A DNA stretch of 51,056 nucleotides, from contig DAOUOW010000003.1 of NCBI GenBank assembly GCA_030626475.1, positions 1-51,056 on the forward strand. The letters run 5' to 3'. Both the position numbers and the translations under genes were made by a program. Positions 10,599 to 22,507 of the stretch are shown here, in pieces (the first letter of the stretch is position 1; each line of letters begins with the position of its first letter). Source of the stretch: Chloroflexota bacterium (lineage in GTDB: Bacteria > Chloroflexota > Dehalococcoidia > E44-bin15). Under the pieces are notes generated by a model, which was given only the letters and a program-made list of their open reading frames with translations, made no database searches and was not told where the DNA came from.

Positions 10599-11539
10599 TG
10601 GCTTCAGAGATGTCCACCAGGGAGGCCTACGGGCACGCTCTGGTTGAGCTGGGTAAGGAGAACGAAAATATCGTTGTCCTCGATGCCGACCTCTCTCGGT
10701 CAACCATGACCAGCTTTTTCGCCGCCCAGTTCCCGGAGCGATTCTTCGATTGCGGCATTGCCGAGCAGAACATGATGAGCATTGCCGCCGGTCTTGCCGC
10801 CTCGGGAAAGACCGTCTTCGCCAGCACCTTCGCCGTTTTCGCCTCGGGGCGCTGCTATGACCAGGTCCGCATGTCCATCGCCCAGCCCCGTCAAAACGTG
10901 AAGATTGTGGCCACCCATGGCGGCGTTACCGTTGGCGAGGACGGCTTCTCCCATCACTCAATCGAAGACCTGGCACTCTTCTGCTCCTTCCCCGGATTTA
11001 CCGTGGTCGTCCCCGCCGATGCAATAGAAACGACACAGGCGGTGAGGACGGCAGCCAATACCTATGGCCCCTTCTATATCCGATTGAGCCGCCCCAAGAC
11101 GCCCCTGGTCTACGCCGATAATTATCGCTTCGTTCTGGGCAAGGCGGTGACCATGAGAGGAGGGAAAGATGTCACCATCATCGCTTGCGGGCTGATGGTG
11201 GACAAGGCGCTTCAGGCTGTCGATGACCTGGCACGTGAGGGCATCGAGTGCCGCGTGGTGAACATGCCAACCCTCAAGCCCCTGGATGAAGATGCCATCA
11301 TCAGGGCAGCCGAGGAGACTGGCGCCATCTTAACCGTGGAGGAACACCTTCAGCATGGAGGGCTGGGGAGCCGGGTCTCCCAGGTGGTAGCCAAACACCA
11401 CCCCGTTCCCATGTCCTTCCTCGCGATAAAGGACTTCTACTCGTCTTCGGGAAAGGGAGAGGAGCTCCTTGAGGTGCACGGGCTAACGGTGGAGGGAATC
11501 CAGAAAGAAGTGCGCGCGCTGGTGGAGAGAAAGGGTTAA
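10598..11539 (+). CDS. Transketolase, C-terminal (pyrimidine-binding) subunit
   Basis: DADLSRST, GIAEQNM, GEDGFSHH, TVEEH. Confidence 0.95.
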   Translation: MASEMSTREAYGHALVELGKENENIVVLDADLSRSTMTSFFAAQFPERFFDCGIAEQNMMSIAAGLAASGKTVFASTFAVFASGRCYDQVRMSIAQPRQNVKIVATHGGVTVGEDGFSHHSIEDLALFCSFPGFTVVVPADAIETTQAVRTAANTYGPFYIRLSRPKTPLVYADNYRFVLGKAVTMRGGKDVTIIACGLMVDKALQAVDDLAREGIECRVVNMPTLKPLDEDAIIRAAEETGAILTVEEHLQHGGLGSRVSQVVAKHHPVPMSFLAIKDFYSSSGKGEELLEVHGLTVEGIQKEVRALVERKG

Positions 11540-12804
11540 GCCCTCACCTGGCCGCTGCCCATGATGACCCATTTGTATGTGGTGAGCTCCCTGAGCCCCA
11601 TTGGACCACGGGCATGAAACTTCTGAGTGCTAATTCCCACCTCAGCTCCCAAACCAAACTGACCGCCATCGGTGAAGCGGGTGCTGGCGTTGGCATAGAC
11701 GCAGGCGGCATCAACCTCATCCAGGAAGCGCATGGCGGCAGAATAGTCCTCGGTGATGATGGCCTCGGAATGCCCCGAGCCATAGCGTGCGATGTGCTCC
11801 AGCGCCTCGTCCAGAGAATCCACAACCTTTATCGCAGCAATCAGAGCGAGAAATTCCTTTCCCCAATCGGCATCGGATGCTGGAGCAACCTTAAAGTTCG
11901 AAGAAAGAATCCCAAGCGCCCGCTGATCGCAGTGCATCTCCACCCCGGCCTTGGCCCACTCCCCGGCGACCATAGGCAGGAAGCGCTCGGCAATATCGCT
12001 ATGAACCAGAAGACAGTCCAGGGCGTTGCATACCGTAGGGCGCTGCACCTTGGCGTTGTAGGCGATGGCCACTGCCTTATCCAGATCAGCGCTGCTATCG
12101 ACATAGGTATGGCAAACGCCAACGCCGCTGGCAAGGACGGGCATGACGGCATTCTCGGTGACCAGTGCCACCAGCCCCTCCCCACCACGAGGGATGATGA
12201 GGTCGATGGCGTCCTTCATCTTCAGCATCTCGTTCACCAGCGCCCGCTCCGTGGACTCGATGAACTGCACCACATCCTCGGGGACCCCCGCCTCTTTAAT
12301 GGCGTCCTTTATCACCCTGACCAGCGCCCCATTGGAGCGCAGCGCCTCCTTGCCCCCGCGCAGGATGACCGCATTGCCCGACTTGAGGCAAAGGGTGGAG
12401 ATGTCAACGGTAACATTGGGGCGGCTTTCATAGATGACGCCGATGACCCCCAGGGGGACCCTCCTCCTCGAAAGGTGCAGCCCATTGGGAAGCACCCTGG
12501 CATCGAAGCTCTCGCCCACGGGGTCGGGGAAGGAGGCAACGGTGCTCACATCCTGAGCCATGGCCTGAAGCCGGGACGAGGTGAGGAGCAGCCTATCGAG
12601 CATGGCTTCGCCCATCCCGCTGGCTTTGGCCTCATCGCAGTCGAGGCGGTTGGCCTCAAGTATCTCCCCCTCCCTTAAGCTGAGGCTTTGAGCGATACTC
12701 AAGAGAGCGTTGTTCTTCACCTCAGTGGGAAGGTGAGCCAGCTTTCGTGAGGCCGCCTTAGCCGCCTTCCCCTTCTTTTCGAGCTCTGCGACGGCAGATT
12801 GCAT
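11536..12804 (-). CDS. proA: Gamma-glutamyl phosphate reductase
   Basis: VPLGVIGVIYESRPNVT, CNALD, NASTRFTDG, ISTQKFHARGPMG. Confidence 0.98.
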   Translation of the reverse strand: MQSAVAELEKKGKAAKAASRKLAHLPTEVKNNALLSIAQSLSLREGEILEANRLDCDEAKASGMGEAMLDRLLLTSSRLQAMAQDVSTVASFPDPVGESFDARVLPNGLHLSRRRVPLGVIGVIYESRPNVTVDISTLCLKSGNAVILRGGKEALRSNGALVRVIKDAIKEAGVPEDVVQFIESTERALVNEMLKMKDAIDLIIPRGGEGLVALVTENAVMPVLASGVGVCHTYVDSSADLDKAVAIAYNAKVQRPTVCNALDCLLVHSDIAERFLPMVAGEWAKAGVEMHCDQRALGILSSNFKVAPASDADWGKEFLALIAAIKVVDSLDEALEHIARYGSGHSEAIITEDYSAAMRFLDEVDAACVYANASTRFTDGGQFGLGAEVGISTQKFHARGPMGLRELTTYKWVIMGSGQVRA

Positions 12805-12813
12805 ACTTCCTCC

Positions 12814-13947
12814 TTATAGCACAACCAGGTTATTTCTGTGCACTACCTCGTCCCCGTATCCATAGCCGAGGAGGCTCACGATTCTGTCGGAGCGAGCGCC
12901 CTTGATGATGGCGATCTCCTGGGACGAATAATTGGAGATGCCGCAGGCGATCCTTTCGCCCCCAGCATCAACGATGTTCACCGCATCGCCGCGCTCAAAA
13001 TCGCCCTCCGCCTCCTTGATGCCTGCGGGAAGGAGACTCCGGTTCTGCTCCTTGAGCGCCATCACCGCCCCCTCATCCACCACCAGCCTCCCCCTGGCAC
13101 CAAGCCCGGTGAGCATCCACCGCTTCCGGCTCTCCATCTTGCTCGTCGCCGCCGGGAAGAGGGTGCCCATGGCTTCGCCAGCCATCAGCCGGGAAAGGAT
13201 GTCATGCTCCCTGCCATCGGCGATGATCACGGTGGCTCCAGAGGCGGTGGCCAGCCTTGCTGCCTGAATCTTGGTCGCCATGCCGCCCCGACCCCTTCCC
13301 GGGCCGCCAGCGAGGCGCTCGATCCTGGCATCGATCCTCTCCACCCGTGGGATAAGCTCGGCGCTCTCGTCCTTGAGTGGGTCGGCGGTATAGAGCCCGG
13401 CGACATCGCCCAAAAGCACCAGCAGGTCAGCATCTACCAGATTGGTCACCAAGGCAGAGAGGTTGTCGTTATCGCCGAAAGTCGCCCCTTCAAGCTCATC
13501 CACAGCTACCACATCGTTCTCATTGACAATGGGCACTACTCCCAACTCCAGGAGAGCGAGCAGGGTGTTTCTGGCATTGAGATAGCCCAAGCGGTCGGAG
13601 AGGTCTGACTTGGTGAGCAGGGTCTGGGCTACGATAATGCCATGCCAGCCAAAGAGCTGCTCATAGGAGTGCATCAGGGCATTTTGCCCCACGGCCGCCA
13701 TCACCTGCTTGAACGGAATGTCCCTACGCTCCTTGTCTAGCTCCAGCTTCTGCCTGCCAGCAGCGATTGCCCCCGAGGAGACAATGATCACCTCATGCCC
13801 CTGTTGATGAAGCCGCGCTATCTGGCCTACCAGTGCTGCCATCACATCCAGGTCGAGACGATCGGTGCCTGCGGTGAGCAGATTGGTGCCCAGCTTGACC
13901 ACAAGGCGTCGGTAAGGCGCCATCGCCGCCTGCTCACTCACCCTCAC
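12814..13947 (-). CDS. proB: Glutamate 5-kinase with PUA domain
   Basis: VVKLGT, VSSGAIAAG, NENDVV, FGDNDNLSA, GGMATKI. Confidence 0.98.
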   Translation of the reverse strand: MRVSEQAAMAPYRRLVVKLGTNLLTAGTDRLDLDVMAALVGQIARLHQQGHEVIIVSSGAIAAGRQKLELDKERRDIPFKQVMAAVGQNALMHSYEQLFGWHGIIVAQTLLTKSDLSDRLGYLNARNTLLALLELGVVPIVNENDVVAVDELEGATFGDNDNLSALVTNLVDADLLVLLGDVAGLYTADPLKDESAELIPRVERIDARIERLAGGPGRGRGGMATKIQAARLATASGATVIIADGREHDILSRLMAGEAMGTLFPAATSKMESRKRWMLTGLGARGRLVVDEGAVMALKEQNRSLLPAGIKEAEGDFERGDAVNIVDAGGERIACGISNYSSQEIAIIKGARSDRIVSLLGYGYGDEVVHRNNLVVL

Positions 13948-14950
13948 CCTCCTCAGCTTCCTCTTGGATCAAGACCGCTACCATCCCTTGCTCTATCCTT
14001 TCCCTTGCCTCCTCCAGCAAGGCTGCGCCCAAGCTATACCTGCTTATTATCAGGTCTGTGTCCTCAGCAACCAGGGTGTAATCAAGGGTGCAGGGCTCAT
14101 CGTTATTCAAAAGCCTGAGCGTCAGGTCAGCAATGAGAGTTTTTTGCCCCGTGGGATGCAACACGCGATCGGCGCTGTCCCACTGGATGGAGGGCATGCC
14201 ACCTCGGATTTCATCGCTCCTGAGCACATTCCCTCTATCTATACTATCGATCTCAGCGTTGGCGAAGGATGCTGTAAACTGGACATATCTTGCAGTTGCC
14301 CCACCGTTATTGGCCACGCAAAGCCTCAAGCAAAAGCGATAGGTGGAATCTTCCACCTTGACCTCGGTGAGCTCTGAAGTCAGAGCCAGTGAAGGCTGCT
14401 TTCTCCTGCCCAGGAGTTCCGCAATCTCGTAGTGACTCATGGCATACTTTGTGCTACCGACCCTGCGATAATACTTGCCGTCGCTTGCCTGATAAGGGGG
14501 GTCATCGCCACGAGGAATTTCCACCAGGTAAATAGCCTTGGTCACCTTCTTGGGGTGGTGGACTGAATATACCTTGAGCGGTGGTTTGGTGCTAGAACCG
14601 ATATTGGCTATGATCAGTCCTTCCACCTTTTCACTGGAGTATTCTTTGGGGGCAAAGACTACTCTAGCAGGACGTATATTCTGGGGGGGCTGTTCTCTCT
14701 TTTGCTGTTCCTTCTTTTGCTGTTCTTTCTTTTTCGGAGTGGTCTCGCGTAGCCCAATAATGATCAAGCCCCCCTCAGCATTGAGAAAGGCAGACACCCA
14801 CTGAGAGAGCTCCTCAACATTGCGCAAAATGCCGGGGTCTTTATACTTCAGGAAGCGGTCTTCCTCCCTGCGCATGGAGATTAGCTGCTGAATATCGCCC
14901 AGGGTAACCTCATCCGCTTCCCTGCCAAATAGGTCCTTTATGAAACCCAC
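13934..14950 (-). CDS. Schlafen/AlbA_2-domain protein with C-terminal beta-sandwich (Ig-like) domain; likely start GTG 14950
   Basis: VSAFLNAEGGLIIIGL and PPYQASDGKYYRRVGS are AlbA_2 motifs; AGGAGG SD; own promoter TTGTCT-17-TATAAT. Confidence 0.75.
   Translation of the reverse strand: MGFIKDLFGREADEVTLGDIQQLISMRREEDRFLKYKDPGILRNVEELSQWVSAFLNAEGGLIIIGLRETTPKKKEQQKKEQQKREQPPQNIRPARVVFAPKEYSSEKVEGLIIANIGSSTKPPLKVYSVHHPKKVTKAIYLVEIPRGDDPPYQASDGKYYRRVGSTKYAMSHYEIAELLGRRKQPSLALTSELTEVKVEDSTYRFCLRLCVANNGGATARYVQFTASFANAEIDSIDRGNVLRSDEIRGGMPSIQWDSADRVLHPTGQKTLIADLTLRLLNNDEPCTLDYTLVAEDTDLIISRYSLGAALLEEARERIEQGMVAVLIQEEAEEGEGE
14689..14733. repeat. Three imperfect 15-nt tandem units inside the Schlafen gene (encode KEQQK-like repeats)
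   Basis: GCTGTTCTCTCTTTT / GCTGTTCCTTCTTTT / GCTGTTCTTTCTTTT. Confidence 0.85.
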
Positions 14951-15117
14951 TAAAGCCTCCTCCTGACGACAATATGATATAAAAATCCCCGCAATTATAA
15001 CAACAAACGGGGGCTCAGACAAGCGAGGCAATACCACGCTGAGCTTGCCCCCAGGGGAAGGCTGTGCTAGAATTTCGATAGGGCTAGTCATAAGCGGCTA
15101 GCCCTTTAGGTGTTTCC

Positions 15118-18565
<3,448 letters not shown>

Positions 18566-18579
<14 letters not shown>

Positions 18580-20128
18580 TGCAGCAGATTAGTTGATTCA
18601 TCTCGTTATTCTGACCTTCGCAAAGCTGGTAGAAGCGGTTTCTTTGGACTGGGTTAAGCTTCTCGCATGCAAGCACAATTGCATACTGAATTTCCAACTG
18701 TGGCTCATCGTCATAGGATTCCATCAGGGCTCTCCTATCTTGGTCATCCCCATAGAGACCACAAATGCGAATTGCCTTGAACCTGCAAATCCAATGTCTA
18801 TTTTTGTCGTTGGCAATTCCTCTAACCACTTTCATGTCGCCTGCATCCAGTATTGCCTCGCCTTCGAATCTTTCCTTTGCTCGGATCAAATACTCTAAAG
18901 CCCACATCTCTGACCATTCGTAGATATTCTCTTCGCTGGCCAAGTAACCAATGAGAGCATCCTTTATCTTCTTGAAGTAGTTTGAAGTCCCTAAATAATT
19001 AACCAACAGCTTTGTCTCCGCAGGGCAATGCGGCAACCAATGCAACACCTCATCTTCTGCTACGGAGCTACCTAGTCTTGTTAAAAGGCCAATACAGTAC
19101 CTAAGCATCCTAGCATCATATTTGTCATCACTTCGAAAGACATGTTTCCGCAAATATTGGAGCAGCAATTCTTCAGACTTCTGTATATCCTCCACTGTGA
19201 CATCCTGTTCTTCAACTTGGACATCTCCTCCGTATTCGTAGTTAACTATTATGACTGGCGGCAGGGTTTTTGAAAATTCCTGAAGCCTGCTGTGTCTGTA
19301 ATCTACATACTTCTTGAGTTGAGTCCCATGGAGCAACAGGGTTTTCTCAGTCTGCAAATTGAGATGTAGGCTGCGTAACTCTACTGTCAAGTCCTTCAAG
19401 GCTCTATGGAGTTCTAACTTAGAATTGCCAAACACGCGAATATCGTCTCCATACCTGAAGTAGTCATGACCACGCCTCAGCATGTACTTGTCTAGAGGAT
19501 CCAGGTATATGTTTCCTAAGAAATCGCTGGGCCAAGTGCCTTGCGGCAGACCGTGGTACTTTGTGCCGTTCCAGGCAGTTATCACTTCCAATATGTTGTT
19601 CGTTGTCCCACTTTCTACACCGAAGCCGCTGAGTATAGCTGCCAACCTCCCCATATCTACGTGCTCAAAGTAGGCTGCTATGTCGGTCTCTAGCAGATAC
19701 CTCTCACCAGATTGTAGACCACTAAGGGTTCTTTCCTCAAACCTCTCGTAGCCGCCCAATTTGAATAGGTGTTCATCACCGTTCTTCTTCACTCTGTGAC
19801 TAAACACCACATTATCGCTATCTGGTATCAACTGGTCGCCGACTGTCTCAGCTATGCTATCAATCAAGGCCTGTAGCACTATCCTGTCCTTGAGCCTGGG
19901 GACGGCGCCGGGCCTTAGGGTGCGGTTCTGCTTGGGCACATCTATTCGCCTCACGAGGACGGGCTTATAATCATCCTCCATTTCAAATCTCAATTGTTCT
20001 AAGTTCTCTTCCCTCCTGTAGTCGAAGACCTCTTTCTCAATGGGATAGTGTATGAAGTCAGTTTTGAGGTCTTCCTTCAATCTCCTGTAAGCTAGATGCA
20101 AGTCAAGCAACTCGGCTGGTATCTTCAT
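18566..20128 (-). CDS. Standalone bacterial reverse transcriptase, UG/Abi-like, with C-terminal alpha-helical repeat region
   Basis: IDVPK..RTLRP, TDIAAYFEHV, GLPQGTWPSDFLGNIYL, FRYGDDIRVF; about 250 aa helical tail; AT-richer than flanks. Confidence 0.88.
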
Positions 20129-20175
20129 GACGCCCTCTTCTTAAGCAAAGTCACAATGAAGTTTCTTGTGAGAGG

Positions 20176-20204
20176 AACATACACCAAGATTTGCAGCTTG
20201 TCAA
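20176..20204 (-). promoter_or_regulatory. Promoter copy 1 (drives RT)
   Basis: TTGACA-AGCTGCAAATCTTGGTG-TATGTT. Confidence 0.75.
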
Positions 20205-20262
20205 TCTGCCCCCATCAGGTGGCGGGTCAGAGGTGCCCTAAAACCTCGCCCAGGCATAGGCA

Positions 20263-20291
20263 TTGACACACTGACGCCAAGTTGTTATATA
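20263..20291 (+). promoter_or_regulatory. Promoter of lipoprotein gene
   Basis: TTGACA-17-TATATA, then AGGAGGTGAT SD. Confidence 0.65.
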
Positions 20292-20320
20292 CTAAGCTCG
20301 CATTCGAGAAAGGAGGTGAT

Positions 20321-21268
20321 ATGAGGCGCAAAAAGCTGTTATTGGTTCTTGTTGGGGTCTTAGTCGCAAGTTTGGCAATCGTCGGTGTTAGTTGCGGCGG
20401 ATCGAAGGCTAAATTTGAGGTGTCAAATCTGGTCATCTCACCCGCTGAGGTGGGGTTCGAGCAGACGGTCACGGTCACCGCAGATGTGGAGAACGTAGGG
20501 GATAAGGAGGGTACCACTACTCTCGAGTTCAAAATCGATGACACTGTTGAGCATTCAGAGGAAGTGACCCTGGCAGAAGGGGAATCTGAGATGGTGACCT
20601 TCACCACCACAAGAGATGCTGAGGGTACGTACACCGTTGAGATCAACGGATTAACAGCAACCTTCACGGTTCAGGAAGGGGCACTCCCTACTCTGAATTT
20701 GGGAGACCGGTGGGTGTATACCATAACCACTGACGGACATCGTCATACATGGACTGAGGAAGTGACGGGGGAGGAAATGCTAGCCGGCAGGGATTGCTAT
20801 GTTGATGATGTTTCCATCGATCCACCTTTTGCGGGCATTGTGTCGAGCGCGAGAGGATGGTTTGAAAAAGAGACGCTTATGACACTCGGTCTTCAGATGT
20901 CAGGGGAGTTCATGGGATTTCCCTACGTAGTCTCCGAGGATACGTCCTACGAGGGACCACCCTTATTCCCGCTGGAGGTTGGCAAGCAGGTCGAGTCGAC
21001 TGTAACTAGTACGGTGACAATGACCATCATGGGCGAGACTGAAACTGAGACCGAAACGTCCTCCAGTACACTTGAAGTAGAGAAAATCGAAGACATCACC
21101 GTCACTGCTGGCACCTTTCGATGTTTCAAGATTGTCCGGTATGATGAGTACGGCACTGCCGTGTGGACTACGTGGTACTCAGACAAGGTGAAAAATAGCC
21201 GCGGCGTGAAGAGCATCGACAATGAGACCGGGGAAACCATGGAGCTTCAATCCTATTCAGTGCGGTAA
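20321..21268 (+). CDS. Putative lipoprotein with CARDB/Ig-like domain and C-terminal beta-rich domain
   Basis: Signal peptide ending VSC-GG; VTADVENVGDKEG CARDB pattern; EDITVTAGTFRCFKI; strong SD before ATG 20321. Confidence 0.75.
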   Translation: MRRKKLLLVLVGVLVASLAIVGVSCGGSKAKFEVSNLVISPAEVGFEQTVTVTADVENVGDKEGTTTLEFKIDDTVEHSEEVTLAEGESEMVTFTTTRDAEGTYTVEINGLTATFTVQEGALPTLNLGDRWVYTITTDGHRHTWTEEVTGEEMLAGRDCYVDDVSIDPPFAGIVSSARGWFEKETLMTLGLQMSGEFMGFPYVVSEDTSYEGPPLFPLEVGKQVESTVTSTVTMTIMGETETETETSSSTLEVEKIEDITVTAGTFRCFKIVRYDEYGTAVWTTWYSDKVKNSRGVKSIDNETGETMELQSYSVR

Positions 21269-21303
21269 TCGACCCTTTGGTGACAATGCGGCGGGGACTT
21301 ATG

Positions 21304-21364
21304 AGGTGGCAGATCAGAGATGTTCCTCCATGCTGCTGATCCGGGGGCAGTCGCTGATTTCCTG
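21304..21364. repeat. Junction repeat copy B
   Basis: Core GGGGCAGTCGCTGATTTCCTG at 21344-21364; CCATGCTGCTGA shared with copy C; left part 16/19 identical to 20217-20235. Confidence 0.85.
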
Positions 21365-21407
21365 TCCATGCCCCCTTTCTTTCTTCGACTTATGCGGTCT
21401 ACCAATC

Positions 21408-21839
21408 TTAAAATAGGCCTATTACCCTGCCAGCACTTTCTGCAATTGTGGCACATTGCTTCTTGTAACTCTCATCTAGGTATCCCTTTCCATGACCTAG
21501 CTGCAGGTCCTTTGAAACTATTGCATTGACCTCGTCCACCTCCACGTAGTGTCGACGTAAAGCATCTGGCAGTTCCCCGGGAAATTTGGAAGCTTCGTCC
21601 TTGTACTCCTTCCAAGCGTCGGTTGAGAGGGGCACCATTCTGCCGTCCCAGGGCTGCTTGGCCAGGTCTTGGTGACTCTGCACCTCCATTAGCAGACCCT
21701 GTTTAACCCCTTTTTGGCGGTCTCTTTCCGACTCTCTTCTTTGTCTCCTTACTAAAAGCAGATGAAAGAAGAAGCCGGCTATGAACCCAAATAGTGTGGT
21801 GAGAAAACAGGCCAGAATCACTTGTTGATACAGTTCCAT
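21408..21839 (-). CDS. Hypothetical single-TM protein (143 aa; start ATG 21839)
   Basis: Hydrophobic VILACFLTTLFGFIAGFFFHLLLV then RRQRR; lies downstream of promoter copy 2. Confidence 0.7.
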   Translation of the reverse strand: MELYQQVILACFLTTLFGFIAGFFFHLLLVRRQRRESERDRQKGVKQGLLMEVQSHQDLAKQPWDGRMVPLSTDAWKEYKDEASKFPGELPDALRRHYVEVDEVNAIVSKDLQLGHGKGYLDESYKKQCATIAESAGRVIGLF

Positions 21840-21912
21840 TGGTTGTGTTCTACTTTCCTTGCCCCGCTCTACGGCCTTATCTGCCAACCCGACATTGAAT
21901 TCTTGTGCGAGT

Positions 21913-21941
21913 AAAATACACCAAGGACCGCTGCTTGTCAA
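21913..21941 (-). promoter_or_regulatory. Promoter copy 2
   Basis: TTGACA-AGCAGCGGTCCTTGGTG-TATTTT. Confidence 0.72.
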
Positions 21942-22024
21942 CCATCCTTGAGAGCTTGAACTCTACGGGGCAGAGCAATCGGTCTTCTGGGGCTAATGGC
22001 CGCAGTAACTTATAAAGGGCAGTT

Positions 22025-22082
22025 TAGAGGTGCTTGTCCATGCTGCTGAACATGGGGCAGTCGCTGATTTCCTGATGCAAAT
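22025..22082. repeat. Junction repeat copy C
   Basis: 30 nt TGGGGCAGTCGCTGATTTCCTGATGCAAAT at 22053-22082 identical to 22382-22411. Confidence 0.9.
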
Positions 22083-22102
22083 TGTGGCGGTCTATATTGA
22101 GG

Positions 22103-22249
22103 CTACTGGCTTTTCTCCCTCTCTCGTCTCCACCACCACATGTGTAAATCCGACTGGCCGGGATGATGCCTTCTCCTCTTCCTTGCGAGGAAAGTCAGAT
22201 ACACTCCCTTTACGACTAGCGCAATTATTAGAATATACCACCAGTTCAA
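22103..22249 (-). CDS. Small 48-aa membrane peptide, not in ORF track
   Basis: GGAGG SD, TTG start: MNWWYILIIALVVKGVYLTFLARKRRRHHPGQSDLHMWWWRREREKSQ; TM helix then basic cluster; downstream of promoter copy 3. Confidence 0.6.
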   Translation of the reverse strand: MNWWYILIIALVVKGVYLTFLARKRRRHHPGQSDLHMWWWRREREKSQ

Positions 22250-22290
22250 CGTTTTCGCCCTCCAAATCCGTTCTAGTTCCTTGTACTGGG

Positions 22291-22319
22291 AGAATACACC
22301 AAGATTTGCTTCTTGTCAA
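22291..22319 (-). promoter_or_regulatory. Promoter copy 3
   Basis: TTGACA-AGAAGCAAATCTTGGTG-TATTCT. Confidence 0.75.
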
Positions 22320-22342
22320 CCATCCCCTACCCTGGGTGCCGT

Positions 22343-22411
22343 TTCAAAGATGCCCCACCACCTCCCCCGTGCTCCTGATCCTGGGGCAGTCGCTGATTTC
22401 CTGATGCAAAT
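22343..22411. repeat. Junction repeat copy D
   Basis: Core at 22383-22403; TCAAAGATGCCC left end resembles TCAGAGGTGCCC of copy A at 20227. Confidence 0.88.
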
Positions 22412-22450
22412 CGTCGTGGTCGATGGGCAGCGGCGCGATAAGCTAGAACG

Positions 22451-22479
22451 TTGACAAAGGGCGAGCAAGCTAGCATAAT
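22451..22479 (+). promoter_or_regulatory. Promoter of second CARDB gene
   Basis: TTGACA-17-CATAAT. Confidence 0.7.
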
Positions 22480-22507
22480 AAATCCTCGCCCGATAAAGGA
22501 AGAGGAT

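Noticed and set aside
22092-22319. 75-aa ORF from the track
   Set aside because: Starts inside the -35 box and has no SD; the overlapping 48-aa frame has SD and TM features
21344-22403. CRISPR array interpretation of the 21-bp repeats
   Set aside because: Spacing is 710 and 329 bp with whole genes between; no cas genes
21300-22430. Junction read as a conserved peptide (QEISDCP..GHL*)
   Set aside because: Differences between copies hit all codon positions, so coding constraint is unsupported; origin from a gene 3' end remains possible
20170-22480. Classical integron attC array
   Set aside because: No RYYYAAC/GTTRRRY ends found and no IntI gene in the window
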